Shown here one piece after another: positions 29,767 through 33,705 of a DNA stretch of 33,705 nt (position 1 is the stretch's first letter; each line of letters begins with the position of its first letter). A model generated the notes under the pieces. The model saw only the letters and a list, made by a program, of their open reading frames with translations. It ran no database searches and was not told the origin of the DNA. This DNA comes from an uncultured Clostridia bacterium (GTDB lineage: Bacteria > Bacillota > Clostridia > TANB77 > CAG-508). The stretch is taken from NCBI GenBank assembly GCA_947627555.1, contig CANQWL010000002.1, positions 1 through 33,705 on the forward strand. Reading direction: 5' to 3'. A program made the translations under genes and the position numbers.

Positions 29767-30537
29767 TTATTTTAACACTCCTATCACTGTATCTATACAT
29801 ATCTTAAAATCATTTATTAAACTAAATTTTTTTATGTATTCTAAATTATATTTCATTTTCTTTGGTAATACTTCTTCTATATAGATATCATCAATATCTT
29901 TTATATTTTTCATACTTTCAGATGAATCTTGCATTTCTTCAACAGTTGTTATATTAGCATACATTCGCTCTCTATTTTTTAACATATATTTATTTAAAAT
30001 TTCGTTTTCATTTTTATATTTAATACTTGCATATGATGTTACTCCTGCTGGCATTAATAAAGTTGCTTTCATTTCATCTGTATACTTATCTACATATTTT
30101 TTTACTTCTGGTCTGGTTCCTACAAATGACATGTCTCCCTTTAGTATATTTATCAATTGCGGAAATTCATCTAATCTTAATTTCCTTATTATATTTCCAA
30201 CTCTAGTTATCCTAGAGTCTTCATTTAATGTTATTAAATTTCCTATCTTGTCTGCATCTTGTATCATAGTTCTAAATTTTAATATTTTAAAAATTCTATT
30301 ATATTGTGTTATTCGTGGTTGCTTATAAAACACTGGTCCTTTTGAGTCAATTTTTATAACTATAGCTAATATTATAAATATTGGCAAAAGTACTATTAAC
30401 AATATAATTGAAAAGAATATATCAAAAAATCGTTTTAGTAATAAACTTATTTTTCTTTTTTTCAATTCATCATAATATATACGTGTTTTTTCATTTTTAA
30501 TATTTTCTGGCAAGTCTTCCCATTTTTTTAAAATCAT
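29767..30537 (-). CDS. Initiating sugar-phosphate transferase (bacterial sugar transferase family, PglC/WbaP C-terminal-domain type)
   Basis: 256 aa with a single N-terminal reentrant/TM helix, FKILKFRTM and DEFPQLINILKGDMSFVGTRP. There is an extra ~40-aa acidic insertion before the C-terminal helix. Confidence 0.85.
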   Translation of the reverse strand: MILKKWEDLPENIKNEKTRIYYDELKKRKISLLLKRFFDIFFSIILLIVLLPIFIILAIVIKIDSKGPVFYKQPRITQYNRIFKILKFRTMIQDADKIGNLITLNEDSRITRVGNIIRKLRLDEFPQLINILKGDMSFVGTRPEVKKYVDKYTDEMKATLLMPAGVTSYASIKYKNENEILNKYMLKNRERMYANITTVEEMQDSSESMKNIKDIDDIYIEEVLPKKMKYNLEYIKKFSLINDFKICIDTVIGVLK

Positions 30538-30541
30538 ATTA

Positions 30542-31738
30542 TTACTCCAAAATTTTTTTAAAGTTTTTTATTATATATTCTATTTGTTCATCTGTTAATA
30601 AAGTATGCAGTGGTAATGTTATTTCATTTTTATACATTTCATAAGAATTTGGATAATCTTTTATATCAAATCCCAAATTTTTATATGCCATCATCATCGG
30701 TAATGGTTTATAATGTACATTTGTCGGTATTCCTAAGTTTGACATCTTCTTTATAATATTATTTCTATATTCTTCATCTTTACCTAGTAGTCTAACAAAA
30801 TATAAATGTCCGCTTGATTGAATTTTATCATTATAATGTTCTAATATTTGAATATTATTATCTTTTAGTCCTTCATTATACATTTTTATAATTTCTTTTC
30901 TTCTTTTTAATAGTTCATTATATCTACATAATTGTGCTAATCCAATTGATGCCATAATATCTGTCATATTGCATTTATAAGCTGGCATTTTTATGTCATA
31001 TTCCCAACCATTTGATTTAGTTTTTGATAAGGCATCTTTGTTTTGCCCATGCAAAGACCATAACATAAATTGCTCATATATTTCTTCATCCTGTATGCCT
31101 CTGATTTTTTTCCAAGTTACTGCTCCTCCTTCTGCTGTAGTTAAATTTTTGACTGCATGAAATGAAAAACTTGTAAAATCCGCAATATTACCAGTATTAA
31201 TACCTTTGTATTTAGCCCCAAAAGAATGTGCTCCATCTGCTATTATTACTATTTTTCCTATTGCTTTTTGTATTTTATTTTTAGCTATAAATTTTTCTTT
31301 ATTATTTTCTATTATCTCATATATTTTATCGTAATTCGCTGGTATTCCAGCTAAATCAACTGCTATAATAGCTTTGGTTTTATTTGTTATTTTTTCTTCT
31401 ATTCTTTCATAGTCCATTTCATAAGAATCTTTTGCTGTATCAAGAAATACAATTTTTGCTCCTACATGTTCAATTACACTTGCTGAAGCTGTATATGTAT
31501 AGGCTGGAACAATTACTTCATCATCTTTACCTATTTCTAATATTCTTAATATCATTTCTAATCCTGCGGTTGCAGAATTTAAGCAAACTGCTTTGGGTGT
31601 ACCACAAAATTCTGCTATTTGTCTTTCAAATAATTTTGTTTTTGGACCAGTTGTAATCCATCCTGATTTTAATGTATCTACCACTTCATCAATTTCTTTT
31701 TGCGTTATATCTGGTGGTGAAAATTTTATACATTCCAA
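30542..31738 (-). CDS. DegT/DnrJ/EryC1/StrS family PLP-dependent sugar aminotransferase
   Basis: 398 aa with SGWITTGPK, DGAHSFG and FSFHAVKNLTTAEGGA (PLP lysine). TTG start with AGAAGGA ~6 nt upstream. Confidence 0.9.
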   Translation of the reverse strand: MECIKFSPPDITQKEIDEVVDTLKSGWITTGPKTKLFERQIAEFCGTPKAVCLNSATAGLEMILRILEIGKDDEVIVPAYTYTASASVIEHVGAKIVFLDTAKDSYEMDYERIEEKITNKTKAIIAVDLAGIPANYDKIYEIIENNKEKFIAKNKIQKAIGKIVIIADGAHSFGAKYKGINTGNIADFTSFSFHAVKNLTTAEGGAVTWKKIRGIQDEEIYEQFMLWSLHGQNKDALSKTKSNGWEYDIKMPAYKCNMTDIMASIGLAQLCRYNELLKRRKEIIKMYNEGLKDNNIQILEHYNDKIQSSGHLYFVRLLGKDEEYRNNIIKKMSNLGIPTNVHYKPLPMMMAYKNLGFDIKDYPNSYEMYKNEITLPLHTLLTDEQIEYIIKNFKKILE

Positions 31739-31998
31739 ATCAATTCCTTCTTTCTTCTTTCCTTATAGTTAATGTCTTTTATACATTTTGTATTTCATTA
31801 ATTTTCATTATTACAACATAGAATCAATGAATATTTTGCTTCTTCATCTATACATTTCAGTATAGATTTGCGATATTCAACATAACTACATAAACATATA
31901 GTTTATGCACTTACCTATATGTTTTTATTTCACATAGGCTTTTTATTTATAAGTTTTACATTTAGAGTATTTATTTTGTTTTTTATAAAATTTTTAAT

Positions 31999-33252
31999 TT
32001 ATATTTTTTTGTCATATTTCCTTAAGCAACCCAATGCTATGTTCATTGCACAATTAAAGAAATAATCTGCTTGATGTCCATTTTTACAAATTGCCTTATC
32101 TTCTATTATTTTTTTATTTGTTTGTTTCCTTATTTTTCTTTCCATTACTTCTCCACATTTGTAGCATTTATCTGTTTTTTCTGTCATATCAACAAATGTT
32201 ACAAGAATATTTTCTTTAAATGCTTTATATCTAACGTAGTTTGTGATTCTATCTCTTAATGTTGCTGGATTAAATCTTTTTGAATATTTTAAAAAGATTT
32301 TGTCACTTCTAACATTTGATAGTGCTATTATTGTAACTTCATTTTCTACGCAAAAATCTACAATATTTCTGCTTATTACATGTGAAAAATGTGTGGTATA
32401 TTTTGATATCTTTTTCCAGTACTTTTTATTTGAACCTTTAACTTTATTTGAATTTTTAGCTATATGAGTATTTCTTTGTATCTTCCTCATAGCTTGGCTT
32501 GTTAAATATTTATATTCGTCTCCTCCTGAAATAAATAAAGTTTTCACAAATTTACCGTTAATATCTACTACTACACATGTTGCAATGTTGTTCTTTCCGG
32601 AAAATGCTACTCCACATACTCGTGTGTTCTTATCTTCCATTCTTTCTTTTATTGTTGTAAGATTTTCTACTGTACACCTTACTGGAATGTCTACTAATAC
32701 AAATTTCTTTTCTACCTTGATTTTTGGAGATAAGAGCTCTGCATTTTCAGGTATGTCCCATTTACTAAACTTTGCTTCATACCATTTCCAGTCTGTTCCG
32801 TTATAGAGTTTGAATTTAATTTTTCTATCTTCTAAGTATTGATACATTTCTTGATAATATGTTGTAGGAAAATTAAATTCTTTTGCTATACTTGGAAGTT
32901 TATTGTTTTTACTGCTGTCAACACTTTTTTCTAAGTTTGTAAAATATGCTTTTGCTTGTCCTATCGCTTGCATCATAGCTGACCTTCTGAACCTAGAGGG
33001 TACATCACATTTGAAATATTCTTTTGGAATTTCTCCGTATTTATTTATACATGTTATATTTTCTAGCTTTGTTCTACAGTTTCTAGAAGATTCTTTGAGA
33101 AATTCTTGATATTTAAATAGTAAATTATAATATTTTAGTACAAGTTCATTAAATTTTTGATTCGTTAATTTAAAGTATTCTAAATATTCTGTGTATAGCC
33201 TTCTTTTATAAATTACTGTGTAATACCCTTGTTTTTGCTCTTCTTCAGCCAT
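31999..33252 (-). CDS. TnpB-like (IS605 OrfB family) protein with substituted RuvC-I and RuvC-II catalytic positions
   Basis: 417 aa. TnpB hallmarks are HVISRNIVDFCVENEVTIIALSNV, YVRYKAFKENILVTFVDMTEKTDKCYKCG...CKNGHQADYFFNCAMNIA (zinc ribbon plus RuvC-III). The expected G-[IV]-D-x-G is GVAFSG and the expected I-x-x-E-D-L is IIALSNV. GGAGG RBS 6 nt upstream. There is no tnpA nearby. Confidence 0.8.
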   Translation of the reverse strand: MAEEEQKQGYYTVIYKRRLYTEYLEYFKLTNQKFNELVLKYYNLLFKYQEFLKESSRNCRTKLENITCINKYGEIPKEYFKCDVPSRFRRSAMMQAIGQAKAYFTNLEKSVDSSKNNKLPSIAKEFNFPTTYYQEMYQYLEDRKIKFKLYNGTDWKWYEAKFSKWDIPENAELLSPKIKVEKKFVLVDIPVRCTVENLTTIKERMEDKNTRVCGVAFSGKNNIATCVVVDINGKFVKTLFISGGDEYKYLTSQAMRKIQRNTHIAKNSNKVKGSNKKYWKKISKYTTHFSHVISRNIVDFCVENEVTIIALSNVRSDKIFLKYSKRFNPATLRDRITNYVRYKAFKENILVTFVDMTEKTDKCYKCGEVMERKIRKQTNKKIIEDKAICKNGHQADYFFNCAMNIALGCLRKYDKKI

Positions 33253-33273
33253 TTTATTCCTCCGAATTTACAC

Positions 33274-33296
33274 CATAAAGTCAAAGACTTTATGAT
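33274..33296. repeat. IR-L: 23-bp site CATAAAGTC-AAA-GACTTTATGAT, the perfect inverted copy of 33577-33599
   Basis: Read directly. 9-bp palindromic arms flank an asymmetric AAA core. It lies 21 nt upstream of the tnpB-like start codon. Confidence 0.9.
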
Positions 33297-33310
33297 TTTT
33301 AGGCATAATA

Positions 33311-33352
33311 AAAAAAGGCAATGAGCCTATTATTAGCTTTATTGCCTTTTTA
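33311..33352 (-). terminator. Rho-independent terminator (bidirectional shape, stronger on the minus strand) inside the IR-bracketed segment
   Basis: AAGGCAAT/ATTGCCTT stem extended by AGC/GCT. T6 follows on the minus strand and T4 on the plus strand. Confidence 0.65.
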
Positions 33353-33537
33353 GTATTACATATTTAGTTACTTATTTTTATAATTATAACAATATATTAA
33401 AATATTTTGTTTTAATTCAATGTTATGTTAGGTTTTATATGATATTTTTTTTGTTCTCATATCCTCTGTACCCCCCTTATATATCTGTTACTTCTATAAA
33501 TTTTTTAGAAGATAATCTAAAAAAATGTCAATAAGTA

Positions 33538-33566
33538 TTGAACTATTTATAAACTTGTGTTAAAAT
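33538..33566 (+). promoter_or_regulatory. Promoter P1: TTGAAC-17 nt-TAAAAT with a TGn extended -10, inside the IR-bracketed segment and pointing out through IR-R
   Basis: Plus strand reads TTGAACtatttataaacttgTGtTAAAAT. The spacing was counted directly. Confidence 0.55.
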
Positions 33567-33576
33567 AAAAATTGAT

Positions 33577-33599
33577 ATCATAAAGTCTTTGACTTTATG
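33577..33599. repeat. IR-R: 23-bp site ATCATAAAGTC-TTT-GACTTTATG, the perfect inverted copy of 33274-33296
   Basis: Read directly. Its reverse complement is identical to IR-L over 23 bp. Confidence 0.9.
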
Positions 33600-33617
33600 A
33601 TTTTTTATGTATATAAT
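33589..33617 (+). promoter_or_regulatory. Promoter P2: TTGACT-17 nt-TATAAT, with its -35 box formed by IR-R
   Basis: Plus strand reads TTGACTttatgattttttatgtaTATAAT. The spacing was counted directly. Confidence 0.55.
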
Positions 33618-33649
33618 CTTCCGGCTATGCCCAATGTCAACAACTTAAG

Positions 33650-33688
33650 AAAAAGAAGAAGTTTTTATACAAAATTTCTTCTTTTTTG
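33650..33688 (+). terminator. Rho-independent terminator about 65 nt downstream of P2
   Basis: AGAAGAAGTTTT ... AAAATTTCTTCT stem of ~12 bp including one G-U, followed by T5. Confidence 0.55.
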
Positions 33689-33705
33689 ATATAATTTTGG
33701 TAGGG

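Noticed and set aside
33253-33300. Promoter for the tnpB-like gene using the TTGACT inside IR-L
   Set aside because: The best -10 at 17-nt spacing is AGGAAT, which overlaps the RBS region and ends 3 nt before the ATG. That is implausible as a functional promoter.
31999-33705. Calling the tnpB-like gene plus flanks an intact IS200/IS605-family mobile element
   Set aside because: There is no tnpA. Both hairpin copies lie on the same side of the gene and on opposite strands, unlike LE/RE hairpins. The catalytic motifs look degenerate. I therefore did not annotate a mobile element.

Overview
This is a very AT-rich, Clostridia-type chromosomal segment: lexA, spoIIP and pgi are present, with Gram-positive style GGAGG ribosome-binding sites and TTGACA/TATAAT promoters. 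28 of the 29 supported genes or pseudogenes lie on the minus strand. I saw no rRNA, tRNA or CRISPR array.

Coordinates 1-16.1 kb hold ordinary genes: an AMP-dependent acyl-CoA ligase, DUF1836, DUF2798, VanW, a heterodimeric ABC exporter pair, LexA, two unknown membrane-anchored proteins, an acyl-ACP thioesterase, Pgi and SpoIIP.

Coordinates 16.3-31.7 kb hold one co-directional surface-glycopolymer locus. It encodes a DegT aminotransferase, an initiating sugar-phosphate transferase, GT4 and GT2 glycosyltransferases, a TupA-like ATP-grasp enzyme, a CDP-alcohol phosphatidyltransferase, a Wzy-like polymerase, two IspD-like cytidylyltransferases, two SDR enzymes, Ugd, a Wzx flippase, LicD and a family-3 acyltransferase.

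The most interesting part is how this locus appears to be controlled.
(1) Its first gene (31999-33252) is a TnpB homologue. Aligned by eye, its RuvC-I Asp and RuvC-II Glu are replaced (GVAFSG, IIALSNV). That makes it a candidate nuclease-dead, RNA-guided regulator (TldR-like).
(2) Immediately upstream, perfect 23-bp inverted repeats bracket a 280-bp segment. The segment has a good promoter at one end and a strong terminator at the other. This is the architecture of an invertible promoter switch, and here it sits in the orientation that puts the terminator next to the locus.
(3) Two locus genes are broken exactly at G7 and G8 tracts, and a one-base slip restores each reading frame. A third gene ends in a (CA)16 microsatellite.

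Separately, a GC-rich element of about 220 bp with 54-bp inverted arms fills the spoIIP-pgi intergenic region.

All calls come from reading the sequence and the supplied translations. No database search was run.
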